Shown here: positions 10,052 to 20,070 of the stretch, in pieces
Position numbering within the stretch: the first letter of the stretch is position 1
How the letters are laid out: every line of letters begins with the position of its first letter
Origin: a candidate division WOR-3 bacterium
GTDB taxonomy: Bacteria > Hydrothermota > Tepidihabitantia > B3-TA06
Assembly: GCA_965649265.1 (NCBI GenBank)
Contig: CBFGKC010000015.1
Span: 1-64,000 of the forward strand
Length of the DNA: 64,000 bases
Direction of reading: 5' to 3'
Translations under genes and position numbers: made by a program
Notes under the pieces: model-generated
Told to the model about the DNA's origin: nothing
Databases searched by the model: none
Seen by the model: only the letters and a program-made list of their open reading frames with translations

Positions 10052-10161
10052 TGTGGATATTGATGCCCGGTCATGCGGAATTTTTTCCCATAGTCAACAT
10101 TAAACGCGACTTGCAATTATCCACAAAGTTATCAACATACAATCCACACGGGTGTGGACAA
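10052..10161. promoter_or_regulatory. DnaA-box cluster upstream of nrdJ
   Basis: Perfect TTATCCACA at 10117-10125; near matches at 10129, 10140, 10153 (reverse) and 10052 (reverse). Confidence 0.65.
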
Positions 10162-10274
10162 TTATACTAGTTGAGTAGTAGGATATTTTTGACTTAAAAT
10201 TGAAATTAGCCTGTGATTGTAAATACCAGAAATACGGTTGTTACATTCGCAAGATTGATTCGAGGCCATACTGC

Positions 10275-10302
10275 TTGACAAGCCGTCCGAAACGCCTAAA
10301 CT
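10275..10302 (+). promoter_or_regulatory. sigma70-type promoter of nrdJ (16-bp spacer)
   Basis: TTGACA-N16-TAAACT, followed by an AGGAGG RBS. Confidence 0.7.
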
Positions 10303-10322
10303 GCGTGAAGGAGGCCGTAGAA

Positions 10323-12476
10323 ATGCAAAAAAATGGTCCGGCAAAGATACGTAAAAGAGACGGCAGAATAGTCGATTTCGACATAGAGAAGATCACGAAT
10401 GCGATCTTCAAGGCCGCGGAGTCCGTCGGCGGCGAGAACAGAGAGCAGGCCGAGGCGCTTGCACAAAAGGTAATGGAAGAGCTTGAAAAGCGCCACAACG
10501 GTCAGGGTGTTCCCTCGGTCGAAGAGGTACAGGACATCGTGGAGATGGTCCTCATTCGCTCCGGGCACGCCAAGACGGCCAAGGCCTACATTCTGTACCG
10601 CCGAAAGCGAGCCGAACTCCGCGAAGCAAAGCAGTTCTACGTCGGCATCCAGGATGACCTCAAGCTCTCCCTTAACGCGCTCAAGGTCCTTGAGCGCCGC
10701 TACCTCCTGAAGGATGAGGAAGGTCAGGTTCGTGAAACGCCTACGCAGCTCTTTCACCGCGTTGCGCGAGCGATAGCAGAGCCGGACGCGCGCTATGGCG
10801 GTGACGTTGCGAAGACGGAAGAAAAATTCTACAACCTCATGACCTCCTTCGAGTTCATGCCGAACTCGCCGACCCTCATGAACGCCGGAACCGAACTCGG
10901 CCAGCTTGCCGCCTGTTTCGTCCTTCCCGTCGAGGACGAGATGGACAGGATATTCGAATCCGTTAAGCACGCCGCCATCATTCACAAGACCGGCGGCGGA
11001 ACGGGTTTCAGCTTTTCGCGTCTGCGTCCCCAGAACGACATGGTTCGCTCCACGGGCGGCATAGCCTCCGGACCCTTATCCTTCATGCGTGTCTTTGACG
11101 TCGCCACCGACGTCATAAAGCAGGGAGGTCGCCGCAGGGGCGCCAACATGGGCATCCTGCGCGTTGACCACCCCGATATCCTCGAATTCATCACCTGCAA
11201 GGAATCCGAAGGGGTTTTGACGAATTTCAACATCTCGGTGGGAGTCACCGAGGAGTTCATGCGCGCGGTGATGGAGGATTCCAATTACTCCATCGTCAAC
11301 CCGCGCAACGGCAAGCAAGTCGGCCGGCTTCGCGCGAAGGACGTTTTCAATCTCATGGTCACTATGGCCTGGCGTACAGGAGACCCAGGCATTCTCTTCC
11401 TCGACCGCATCAACGCCGACAACCCCACGCCCGAGATCGGTGATCTCGAAGCCACGAACCCCTGCGGTGAGCAGCCGCTGCTCCCCTACGAGGCCTGCAA
11501 CCTCGGCTCCATCAATCTCTCCAAGGCCATTCGCAACCACGAGGTCGACTGGTCCACGCTCGCAAGAATAGTGCACACGGCCGTCCATTTCCTCGACAAC
11601 GTCATTGACGCAGGCCGCTATCCCCTGCCCGCTATCGAAGAAATGGTTCGGCGCAACCGCAAGATAGGTCTCGGCGTCATGGGCTGGGCCGACATGCTGC
11701 TCTGGCTCGGTATCCCCTACGACTCAGAGGAAGCGCTCACCCTCGCCGAAAAGATGATGCAGTTCATCCAGGAGGAGGCCGTAAAGGCGTCCCAGGAGCT
11801 AGCAAAAACTCGAGGCGCGTTTCCATCCTTCCCTGATTCGACATTTGCGCGTCGGGGCGAGCCATTGCGCCGCAACGCGACCGTCTCCACTATCGCGCCC
11901 ACAGGTACCATATCCATCATCGCCAACTGTTCGTCAGGCATTGAGCCCATATTCGCTATCTCCTTCATCCGCAACGTGATGGATAACACCGAGCTCCTCG
12001 AGGTGAATCCGATTTTCGAGCACCTTGCCAAGGACATGGGCTTCTACAATGAAGGTCTCATGAAGGAAATCGCGCGGCAGGGCACACTTGCAAAGATAGG
12101 TAAGATCCCGGACGCCGTCAAGCGCATCTTCGTCACCGCGCACGACATCAATCCTTCCTGGCACGTCAAGATGCAGGCCGCATTCCAGAAGCACACCGAC
12201 AACGCGGTATCCAAGACGGTTAATCTCGCAAATCACGCAACGCCGATGGATGTGGCCGACGTCTACATGCTTGCCTACCGGCTCGGCTGCAAGGGTGTGA
12301 CCGTTTACCGGGACGGGTCAAAGGAAGCGCAGGTTTTGAATATCGGTTCGGTGAATCGCGAGCAGAAGCCGGCCCAAAATCGCATAACCAACGCAATTTC
12401 ATCATATTCATACTCCGACCGGATGATCACGGTTTCGTCGGAGTTTGCGGGCGACTGCCCCAAGTGTAATGCATAA
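10323..12476 (+). CDS. nrdJ: Adenosylcobalamin-dependent (class II) ribonucleotide reductase with N-terminal ATP cone
   Basis: KRDGR ATP cone, [47 protein letters not shown]-terminal CPKC. Confidence 0.95.
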   Translation: MQKNGPAKIRKRDGRIVDFDIEKITNAIFKAAESVGGENREQAEALAQKVMEELEKRHNGQGVPSVEEVQDIVEMVLIRSGHAKTAKAYILYRRKRAELREAKQFYVGIQDDLKLSLNALKVLERRYLLKDEEGQVRETPTQLFHRVARAIAEPDARYGGDVAKTEEKFYNLMTSFEFMPNSPTLMNAGTELGQLAACFVLPVEDEMDRIFESVKHAAIIHKTGGGTGFSFSRLRPQNDMVRSTGGIASGPLSFMRVFDVATDVIKQGGRRRGANMGILRVDHPDILEFITCKESEGVLTNFNISVGVTEEFMRAVMEDSNYSIVNPRNGKQVGRLRAKDVFNLMVTMAWRTGDPGILFLDRINADNPTPEIGDLEATNPCGEQPLLPYEACNLGSINLSKAIRNHEVDWSTLARIVHTAVHFLDNVIDAGRYPLPAIEEMVRRNRKIGLGVMGWADMLLWLGIPYDSEEALTLAEKMMQFIQEEAVKASQELAKTRGAFPSFPDSTFARRGEPLRRNATVSTIAPTGTISIIANCSSGIEPIFAISFIRNVMDNTELLEVNPIFEHLAKDMGFYNEGLMKEIARQGTLAKIGKIPDAVKRIFVTAHDINPSWHVKMQAAFQKHTDNAVSKTVNLANHATPMDVADVYMLAYRLGCKGVTVYRDGSKEAQVLNIGSVNREQKPAQNRITNAISSYSYSDRMITVSSEFAGDCPKCNA

Positions 12477-12794
12477 GTAATACCCCAAAAGACTGCCGGA
12501 GGCATTCTTTTGGGGACCCCATCTTTCGACTTTGCAACTTCTTGTGTTGCAAGAAGTTGTGCAAACGTACTTCTTGACCAACCCCCGCGAGGTCGTTGCG
12601 CGACAATAGCTTGCGGGGACCCATCCCTGAACACACCCGTAAGGCGCTGAATATCGAGCCTTACGGGTTTTGTGTCGAAAACCGGTTTTTGCCGAATTCC
12701 CTGCCTAAATCCGCCTTTTCTCGTCATAACATCATTACAAAAAATAGCTTGCAGGATTGTGCGGTTACCTTTTGCCTATGAGGTCCCATTTTAT

Positions 12795-12838
12795 GGACAA
12801 AAGTGGGACAAAAGATGGTCAGAAGATGGACAAATCGG
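12795..12838. repeat. Second copy of the 11-bp-period GGACAAAAG block
   Basis: ggacaaaagtgggacaaaagatggtcagaagatggacaaatcgg, matching 1618-1661. Confidence 0.8.
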
Positions 12839-13001
12839 CCTTTTTGGGGGCATTTTTCGGGTCAAAATCGGGGGAATTGGGGATTAAATCCAGGTCATCT
12901 TTGAGGTTTTTTGAAGAAGCGTGTCAGGGTTCTTCTTCATAAAAGGTGATTGCCGATCCTGAGGAGAGACCGAAGGGATCTTCTCGATTTGCCTTATCGT
13001 C

Positions 13002-13475
13002 CTATCCTTTTATATTAATAATTCTGCAAACAAATTCGTCAATCTCAGCCGACACTCCGTCCAGGTTAGTCATCACATCCGTATTCAGAAACCGTATCAC
13101 ATGCAGGCCGTAATCCTCAAGGATTTTTGTCCTCTCCTCGTCATACCCTTTCCCTTCTTCCGTGAAGTGGGTTTCGCCGTCAATCTCGATTACGAGATTC
13201 AAATCAGGGCAGTAGAAATCCACGATGTAATTATCGATGGGACGCTGGCGCAGAAAACGGGGTTTGAGATTTCGGAGATAATAGAACCACAATCTGCGTT
13301 CAGGCTCGATCATGTTCTTTCGAAGCTCTTTTGCTCGTGCGATCAGCTTCGGGTTGTAGGGGAGATGGAAGTCACCGACTGCCAGACCGCGTTTCTTGAG
13401 TTCTTCCTCATCGTAGAAACCTGATCCCCCCTTAATCCCCCCTTCAAAAGGGGGGCCATGAAGTTTGTTCACCAT
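13002..13475 (-). CDS. DUF559 (Vsr-like PD-(D/E)xK) endonuclease; start uncertain
   Basis: LPYNPKLIARAKELRKNM..E..LW..LR, RQRPIDNYIVDFYC, IEIDGETH, YDEERT, VIRFLN. Confidence 0.9.
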   Translation of the reverse strand: MVNKLHGPPFEGGIKGGSGFYDEEELKKRGLAVGDFHLPYNPKLIARAKELRKNMIEPERRLWFYYLRNLKPRFLRQRPIDNYIVDFYCPDLNLVIEIDGETHFTEEGKGYDEERTKILEDYGLHVIRFLNTDVMTNLDGVSAEIDEFVCRIINIKG

Positions 13476-13556
13476 CTAATGAGATCGCACTTTTTTCGTT
13501 ACCTCCCTTTTGAAGGGAGGTGGGCACTCCAAAGGAGTGACCGGTGGGATCTTCGA
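13423..13556. repeat. Inverted palindrome doublet, copy 1
   Basis: 13423-13478 matches 14778-14833 at 54/56; 13502-13530 matches 14926-14954 at 28/29. Confidence 0.9.
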
Positions 13557-14117
13557 TTTGCTCAAAATTTCATTCTTACAAAACAACTCTAGTAACTTGG
13601 AATAAAACACAATCCACGGGTGATTTAAACCGGAGTAATCACCCGTGGTGTACTTTTTGACCAAGCCAGTGAGTTTCGTTTCAAAAGATGTGCTGTTTAA
13701 ATTTCTTGAATCGAACTTCAGGAAAAGACAGTATTGTGAAAGTAATTTCCCAACAAAATGAATTGAATTCCTAATTTTGAGCAATCTGCAGATATCGGCT
13801 GGTAATATCTGTAAACCTATTTCCCGTTTCAAAGTACTCGGTTTTATCTGGCCAGCACCAATGGATAAATCGAGCTTAACCACCAAAGAAGGAAAAAGGC
13901 ATGAGGTTAAAGCTTCAATACCCCTATAGACCCATCCTCTATTCATGGTTTCAATGATTATGACTCCTAGTAAAAGATCAGGGTTAATTCTATTTTTTTT
14001 AGATTCCCTCATAATATCTTTCCAGAAAGGTTTTAACGAATGTGAATGTTGAAACATAACACCGTACCAGTGATCTAAGCACTTAATGTTCAACTTTGTG
14101 TTACTTTGCATCCGCAT
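13476..14117 (-). CDS. AT-rich lysozyme/lytic-transglycosylase-like protein
   Basis: INPDLLLGVIIIE (putative catalytic Glu), SIGAGQIKPST (GxxQ), NSIHFVGKLL. The C-terminus runs into the palindrome. Confidence 0.55.
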   Translation of the reverse strand: MRMQSNTKLNIKCLDHWYGVMFQHSHSLKPFWKDIMRESKKNRINPDLLLGVIIIETMNRGWVYRGIEALTSCLFPSLVVKLDLSIGAGQIKPSTLKREIGLQILPADICRLLKIRNSIHFVGKLLSQYCLFLKFDSRNLNSTSFETKLTGLVKKYTTGDYSGLNHPWIVFYSKLLELFCKNEILSKSKIPPVTPLECPPPFKREVTKKVRSH

Positions 14118-14129
14118 TGCCTGTGTAAT

Positions 14130-14672
14130 TCAAATATTCCTTTCCTTATTAACTAACCTAAGTACTAGTTTGACAAATGATTCGAAGACAATTGAAACAA
14201 TACCTCCTATTAAGAATGATATCCATTTATTCCCCCCGAAAATATTTTTCACTTCATCCCACACAACAGGTTTTACATAAGTAAAGATCATGAACCCTAA
14301 CCAAGAGATCCCTACCGATGCTATGATAAAACTTATGTATGCTAATATAACTAATACCTTTTTCTTCGTATAGCCGAATTCTGTTTCAGATGGATTTATT
14401 ATTGCAGGCCAGACGATTAATATGGAACCCAGAAAAGCTGAAAAACAAGGTACGAAAGGATTTGAGAATATCCATGTAACCAGAAAACCGAACACAAGAA
14501 TAAGAAACGCCCTGAGGATAAAAGCCATTATGCTAATCGAAGTTCTAAAGCCGTAGATCAATTCCCCAAAACCGAAGTAATACCTTTTTCCTATTATCCT
14601 ATGTATGTAGAAAATCAGAAAAAAGACAAAACTGAAAAGGACACCCATACAAAGATTAAACAGCGAAAACAT
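14130..14672 (-). CDS. AT-rich integral membrane protein
   Basis: About 5 hydrophobic segments; AGGAGG RBS; TTGACA(14722)-N16-TATATT promoter. Confidence 0.75.
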   Translation of the reverse strand: MFSLFNLCMGVLFSFVFFLIFYIHRIIGKRYYFGFGELIYGFRTSISIMAFILRAFLILVFGFLVTWIFSNPFVPCFSAFLGSILIVWPAIINPSETEFGYTKKKVLVILAYISFIIASVGISWLGFMIFTYVKPVVWDEVKNIFGGNKWISFLIGGIVSIVFESFVKLVLRLVNKERNI

Positions 14673-14777
14673 ATACTCCTCCTTTTTAAAAATAAATATA
14701 CGCCCAGTTTTTGAAGTGTCAACTGAAACCCCTAAATCGGGGTCCTCAAAAAGTCAGTTCCTGACTTTTTGAGGTTA

Positions 14778-15050
14778 GATCCCCCCTTAATCCCCCCTTC
14801 ATAAGGGGGGCTATGAAGTTTGTTCACCATCTACAAAACAACTCTGTTTCCTTTGAATCCTAGTAGCCCGTCGAACTTGGACGCTTCCAGCGCCAGTTCG
14901 ACCAATGCGCCTTCCAAGCGCTATGCCTCCCTTTTGAAGGGAGGTGGACACTCCCGAAGAGCGTTAGCCGACCCGAAGGATCGGACGGTGGGATTTTCGA
15001 GTTGCCCCCTTTAGTAAGGGAGGTGGCCGAAGGCCGGAGGGATCTTCGTT
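14778..15050. repeat. Inverted palindrome doublet, copy 2, plus an extra unit
   Basis: See copy 1; extra CCCCTTTAGTAAGGGAGGTGG...GGGATCTTCG at about 15005-15048. Confidence 0.85.
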
Positions 15051-15140
15051 GCTCCCCCCTCCCGGGGTCCCCAGAAAGTCAGTTCCTGACTTTTTGGGGT
15101 GAAATCCCCCCTCCGTCGCGGTGCATTCACTTCGTGAATA

Positions 15141-15177
15141 GGTTGCTTCGACTTCACGATGAAGTCTCGCAAAGACA
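15141..15177 (+). repeat. G(A/G)TTGCTTCG-[hairpin]-CTCGCAAAGACA element
   Basis: Same flanks with a different inner hairpin at 16690-16727; diverged reverse copy at 18836-18882. Confidence 0.7.
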
Positions 15178-15191
15178 GATAAGGGGTTCTT

Positions 15192-15930
15192 TCAAGGAGC
15201 GGGTAGAATCGCAGGCTGAGTGACGGAGTCGGGCGGGGATGTCGATTGCTGCCTGGGTTTCAGGAGCGGGGCAAAAATCTCCTTAAAGTCGAAATCGATA
15301 GAAGCGCCCGCGCCGAGCCCGGGGAATGAGAATACGTCCGATTCTGCAATATACCGCGGCGTGGCCGAGTACTTGCCCATGCACGTGCCCAGCTCGAAAT
15401 ACAATCGCGACACCTTGTTATCCTCAGCCCTGCGACGAGGAGGAGTGCCGAGCCGGTCTGGATTCCGTCTACGCCCAGAAAGAAGAGCCTCTGGCGAACT
15501 ATTCCGTAAGGCGCGAACACCTTGCCCGGGTATCCGGCAAGAAGGGAGAGCTGGAGCGCGAAATCCCTGCCGATTGTAGTTGTCCACAACCCCGACTGGA
15601 GTTCGTAACTTAAAGAAAGGTAATCCTTGTAGAGTTTGTGCTTGAGATAGGCGTCCAGCCGCGCGCCCAGAGGGTCGAAAGAAACACCAACGTCCATACC
15701 GGGTACCACACCGGTCGTGAACCAGACATCCATCAAGTACCGACCTAAGGATGTGCGCGCGGAATCCAAATGGTAAATTCCGGGAAAAATAACTGTCCGC
15801 CGCCGACCTCCAGATGCCCGGGCTTAACGGTAAGCTGGGTCTCATGAAAACCCGAGGACGCGGTCAGCATCATCGGGACAAGCAGCAAAACGGTCATGAA
15901 AAGCCATACGGCTCTTCTCATATAGGTCAT
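15192..15930 (-). pseudogene. Frameshifted paralogue of the adjacent outer-membrane-like protein
   Basis: Similarity to 15927-16601 is split over three frames (signal peptide; LLAGYPGKVFAPYG; LYFELG...GAGASIDF), with shifts near 15770 and 15415. Confidence 0.75.
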
Positions 15931-16601
15931 TTTCGCTTGAAGTCTATTTCGACGCCGAGACCCGCGCCCGCAATCGGGCAAACGAATACGCTAGGGTATC
16001 TGAGTGCGGTCCTCGAGAATTTTCCGAAAGACGCGCCGAGCTCGGCGTAAAGGGATAGAATCTTTAAGAACTTGAGCCTTGCTCCTGCAACGAGCTGCGT
16101 GGAGAAGAGAAATCTTGCGGAATCATCGGTCGGTCCGGAATAGAGGCCCCTCAGCCGGAATACTCCGTATGGCGCGAGCACCTTGCCGGGGCAGCCGGCG
16201 AGCAGGGATGTCTGGAGGGTATAGTCCCCGAGCGAGCGGCCGAGGCCCAGGCTGAAATCGGCGCCCGCCGCAAGGTAATCCTCGATCAACGAGTACTTGA
16301 ACCCGGCGCCGACGGCCTGTCGGGTGAGTTCGTAATCGAGGCCAAGCTCCAGTTTTGGGGTGATGCCCGCTCGAATGTGTACACTTGAAAACCCGAGAAT
16401 TACAAGATTCAGTCCGGCGACGCTGTCTTGCTCCCCGGAAAAGTAAATGTATGGCATAGTGAAACCCTCTATACCCGCCTGAACGGCTCCGGGTGGAACA
16501 GGTTCAGGGGTCTGGTTGAATCCCAGCGCCGCTTTCGAGATCACTGGAACAAGAAAAACGAAAATCGCGACGAACCTCGATCCTCTTTTCATATCCATCA
16601 T
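15927..16601 (-). CDS. Putative outer-membrane beta-barrel protein
   Basis: Signal peptide, alternating amphipathic strands, GAGLGVEIDF near the C-terminus. Confidence 0.6.
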   Translation of the reverse strand: MMDMKRGSRFVAIFVFLVPVISKAALGFNQTPEPVPPGAVQAGIEGFTMPYIYFSGEQDSVAGLNLVILGFSSVHIRAGITPKLELGLDYELTRQAVGAGFKYSLIEDYLAAGADFSLGLGRSLGDYTLQTSLLAGCPGKVLAPYGVFRLRGLYSGPTDDSARFLFSTQLVAGARLKFLKILSLYAELGASFGKFSRTALRYPSVFVCPIAGAGLGVEIDFKRK

Positions 16602-16989
16602 CCGCTCCTTTTTTGTTTACCGGAATATACGAAACCACAGGTAATTGTCAAGCCCCTTCTTGTCAACGAGTTAGCCCGAAAAAAATGGCGATTGCTTCGG
16701 TTGCTCGAAGCAACACTCGCAAAGACATGATTGAGAGCGGGGTCCCCGAGTAGTACGCGGTGGTTCTTTGGGGCAAATTTAAGCCGGGCACCTGTCGGTG
16801 CCCGGCCATATGTTCTGTATGAGGGAGGGAGGAGTATTACTCCAGGGTTATCGAAACGAAAGCGAGTTCTTCGTGACGCGGTTCCAGCCGGTCGCAAGAA
16901 AGTGGCGAAAACCGGCTTCCGCTAGTTCTCACCGCACGGCGCACCAGGATCACAGGAGGCAGGTAAGCGCTCATGCGGAAAAGAAATCC

Positions 16990-18618
16990 TTATTTAACCA
17001 GGAGCATCTTGACCGACTGCCTGTAGCCTGTATCGGTCTCGAGCCTTGCGAAGTAAACACCAGGCTGAAGCTTGGCGGCCTTCGCATCAAGTGAAAGTTT
17101 GTACACCCCGGCTTTATAATCGCCCTTTGCGAGCGTCGCGACCTTTGCGCCCGAAGCGTCGTAAACGGTCACGGTTACTCCACAACTCTTGGGCAGCGCG
17201 AAGGTTATCTCGGTTTTATTCGAGAACGGGTTGGGTGTGTTCTGGGCTATGTAGAAGTTTGGTACCACCGTGCCCTGAAGGTTATCATTGAGCGTAACCG
17301 CAGAAACCAGGTTAGTGAAGGTGTAGGCGTTGCCGTCGAGATCAACTACGTGCACGCGAAGCTGCCATGCGTTATCCTGCGAGAGAGGCACCGGCTGGGG
17401 AATCGGATTGGGGCCCTTGCCGCCGCCTATGGGGTCGACGCCCGGGCTGATGTAGGGGTTGTTCTCGTTGGGGCACACGATCATCATGTCGGCCATCGTT
17501 CCGCATGCGCCGTTGTCGCCGAAACCGGTCAGCCTGCCCGTGTTGGGATCCAGGTCGCCCCATTCTATCTCGCCGGTCCAGGGGTCCATGAAGTCTACCC
17601 TGATGGTTCCGTCGGGATTGGGCGTACTGACGATCGAATTGAAGGTCACTTCATGTCCACCGGGGCCGTCCCACTCGATGAGCATGATGACGTCCTGGCA
17701 GCGTTTGAGCTCGTTAGACGCGGTGTTCCAGTCAAAACCGATGTGCCTGACCGTATAGTTGTCTCCGTGGGACTGTATCCACGCTATCAGCGCGGCCACC
17801 ATATCGGTGATCTTGGTTCCACCAAGAAGGGTATCGGTGTGGGCCATGTCACCAAGGGTGTCCACGAGGGACGAGTCCGTCAGGCCGCCCGTGATGGTGG
17901 GGTCACCCTTGTTCGCAAAATACTTTAGACAGGCCGTGACGGCCGCAGGCACGCAGTGCCAGTCCGAGTTGGGGTGCTGGGATACTCCCGGAATGCCCTT
18001 GTAAAAGGTTTCGAGATCGAGGCTCGATACTATGGTCACCGAGTCGATGTTGAAATAGGGATCGGCCACGCTGACGAGAAGGGTGTCTCTATTGATGTAG
18101 GAGTACGTAACAACCGCCTCATCAGGAGGTGTGGGATCGTATTTGCGCCATGCGCCGGCCACGAAGGACCCGCTGCCCTCGAGCGCGGCAACCGCGCGGA
18201 AGAGAATCTTCATATTCACCTGGGGGACGGTGTTGTGGTAAAAGACCGCCGACCAGCCGTCACCCGGGGCCAGAACGGCCGGATCGAGGGGTTCGGTGCC
18301 CAACGGCGTCGTGCGAAAAATGTTGGTCGTGATGAGGGGTTCCTGACCGTTCGTGTCGGTGCCGAAAAGGGTCCACGTAAGCCCGTTATCAATCGAGTAG
18401 TAGAAATCAACCCTTTGAATCAGGTTATCTTCGTCAACGACGTTCAGCCTGACGGTACTAGAACGGGACTCGCCGCCTATCCAGCTGTGCCAGGCTTCGG
18501 CCTTGGCCCAGTCACCGATCTGCAGGGTGGCATCGGTAAGCGACTGTGCTCCGAGCGGAAGGGCGAGTGAGAGCGCTCCGACGATAAGGAAAAGCGCTTT
18601 TATACTTGTTTTACGCAT
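16990..18618 (-). CDS. Secreted papain-like (C39-like) peptidase with T9SS-type CTD
   Basis: Signal LGA|Q; Q...HCVPAA, GGHEV, MDPW putative Cys-His-Asp triad; CTD QNTPNPF...VYDASG...GVYFARL...KMLLVK. Confidence 0.75.
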   Translation of the reverse strand: MRKTSIKALFLIVGALSLALPLGAQSLTDATLQIGDWAKAEAWHSWIGGESRSSTVRLNVVDEDNLIQRVDFYYSIDNGLTWTLFGTDTNGQEPLITTNIFRTTPLGTEPLDPAVLAPGDGWSAVFYHNTVPQVNMKILFRAVAALEGSGSFVAGAWRKYDPTPPDEAVVTYSYINRDTLLVSVADPYFNIDSVTIVSSLDLETFYKGIPGVSQHPNSDWHCVPAAVTACLKYFANKGDPTITGGLTDSSLVDTLGDMAHTDTLLGGTKITDMVAALIAWIQSHGDNYTVRHIGFDWNTASNELKRCQDVIMLIEWDGPGGHEVTFNSIVSTPNPDGTIRVDFMDPWTGEIEWGDLDPNTGRLTGFGDNGACGTMADMMIVCPNENNPYISPGVDPIGGGKGPNPIPQPVPLSQDNAWQLRVHVVDLDGNAYTFTNLVSAVTLNDNLQGTVVPNFYIAQNTPNPFSNKTEITFALPKSCGVTVTVYDASGAKVATLAKGDYKAGVYKLSLDAKAAKLQPGVYFARLETDTGYRQSVKMLLVK

Positions 18619-19027
18619 CGGTTCTCCTCGTTTTGGTTTTGTATGTTTAAGTTTCTGGTGACATCTTTACCGTTATTCTCAAATAGATAATTAATAAAAA
18701 CATTTATTCGGAAGAAATATTAAGCGTAAAACCGTGTTTGTCAAGAGGGTGAACTAAAAAAACAGTTTTTCACTCAATAAAGTAAAATTCCAGAACATGT
18801 GATTAGTCCAAAGGAAGCGGTTCAACTCGGTTTTCGTCATCGCTTGGAATAAACCCGAAGGGATTTAGGACGTGGCGATCTCATGGCAGCAACTTAGAGA
18901 AAGTGACACTGCTCAAAACATTTAAAATGTACTGGAAGATAGTTCTCTTGGCTCATCCTTTGGAGTCTCAACCAGGGATGCAATGGCGCTTTTCCGAAAG
19001 TAGTTTCTAGAGTATGATAGGAGTATC

Positions 19028-19462
19028 CTACTGTTGCCAGTATTTTTGGATTTCAGAAATCAGACGGTCCGTGGAGGCAACAATACCTTCAGCCGATGTT
19101 TTGACAACATCACTGCCGCAGTAACCTATGGTATGGTTTAAATATATTGGCCATGGAAAATCACTGTTGGAAGCCCCGACAAACACCCAAACAACGCAGT
19201 ATTGAGAGGAAATATTAGGAGTATCTTGAAATCTGTCCATTGTAGAAATAATTAATTTCACACGACTTTCATCTGAGTTCGTTAAACGAAAAGCGTTGGA
19301 TTCTCTTATTCCCTCTTTAACGTAATACACTAATCTTTCTCCAACCATGTCATCGGATAGATCAACAACTTCAACAGGCATTGGTTCTATCTCTTTGGCA
19401 AACAGGAATACTAATGGTAAAATACTCGTTAAGAGTACATATAAAGCCCCACGTCTCAACAT
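19028..19462 (-). CDS. AT-rich exported hypothetical protein
   Basis: Signal peptide, AGGAGG RBS, TTGACA(19548)-N16-TATAGT promoter. Confidence 0.75.
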   Translation of the reverse strand: MLRRGALYVLLTSILPLVFLFAKEIEPMPVEVVDLSDDMVGERLVYYVKEGIRESNAFRLTNSDESRVKLIISTMDRFQDTPNISSQYCVVWVFVGASNSDFPWPIYLNHTIGYCGSDVVKTSAEGIVASTDRLISEIQKYWQQ

Positions 19463-19626
19463 TGTTTCCTCCTAAGTCGTTAGAATAAGACTTTACTTAC
19501 AAAAGCTTTTCAACTTAAATACTATAAGCCTATATCAATTCCTGTCAAGCTCATTCTTATCAATGAGTTAAGTCGTAAAAAATCACCCCCAAATTGGTTC
19601 CCCCTAGAGGGATGGGGGGCCCCCCC

Positions 19627-19953
19627 TCACTCCGATTTTATCATCACGAGCATCATCTTGAATCGTGTCAGGGCTTTCAACGAGTGAGGTTGACCGGCAG
19701 GCATGATGATTGTCTCGCCGGCTCCGACCTCGTGCGGCTTGCCCGAGATGCGTATCTTGGCCCTGCCCTCGGGCACGTAGACCAGGGCGTCGAACGGCGC
19801 CGTATGCTCACTCAAACCCTGACCCTCGTCGAACGCGAAGAGGGTGACGGTGCCCGTCTCCTTCTTGATAATCGTCTTCGAGACCACCGCGCCCTCCTGG
19901 TAGTCTATCATGGCGCATAGCTCCAGCACCTCGCCAGTCTTCTCGTTCTCCAT
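19627..19953 (-). CDS. Cupin domain protein
   Basis: LFAFDEGQGLSEHTAPFDA and IIMPAGQPHSL; start at the ATG with an AAGGAG RBS. Confidence 0.9.
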   Translation of the reverse strand: MENEKTGEVLELCAMIDYQEGAVVSKTIIKKETGTVTLFAFDEGQGLSEHTAPFDALVYVPEGRAKIRISGKPHEVGAGETIIMPAGQPHSLKALTRFKMMLVMIKSE

Positions 19954-20070
19954 CAATGCTCCTTCCATGTCGGTTAAGATATCCATAATGCAATTTCCCG
20001 TTCGTCGACCTATCGGCTTCTTTTTACACCAGACGAATGCGGCGCCGTCTCGGTATCCCCTCCTCCTTCC

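Noticed and set aside
9720-10320. Cobalamin riboswitch or NrdR boxes before nrdJ
   Set aside because: No B12-box pattern was recognised, and ACTA-N6-TAGT does not fit NrdR-box spacing.
10323-12476. Intein or intron in nrdJ
   Set aside because: The motifs are contiguous, with no splice-junction or homing-endonuclease signature.
13423-14833. Integron cassette
   Set aside because: No intI, the repeats lack GTTRRRY-type attC cores, and the cargo has its own promoter.
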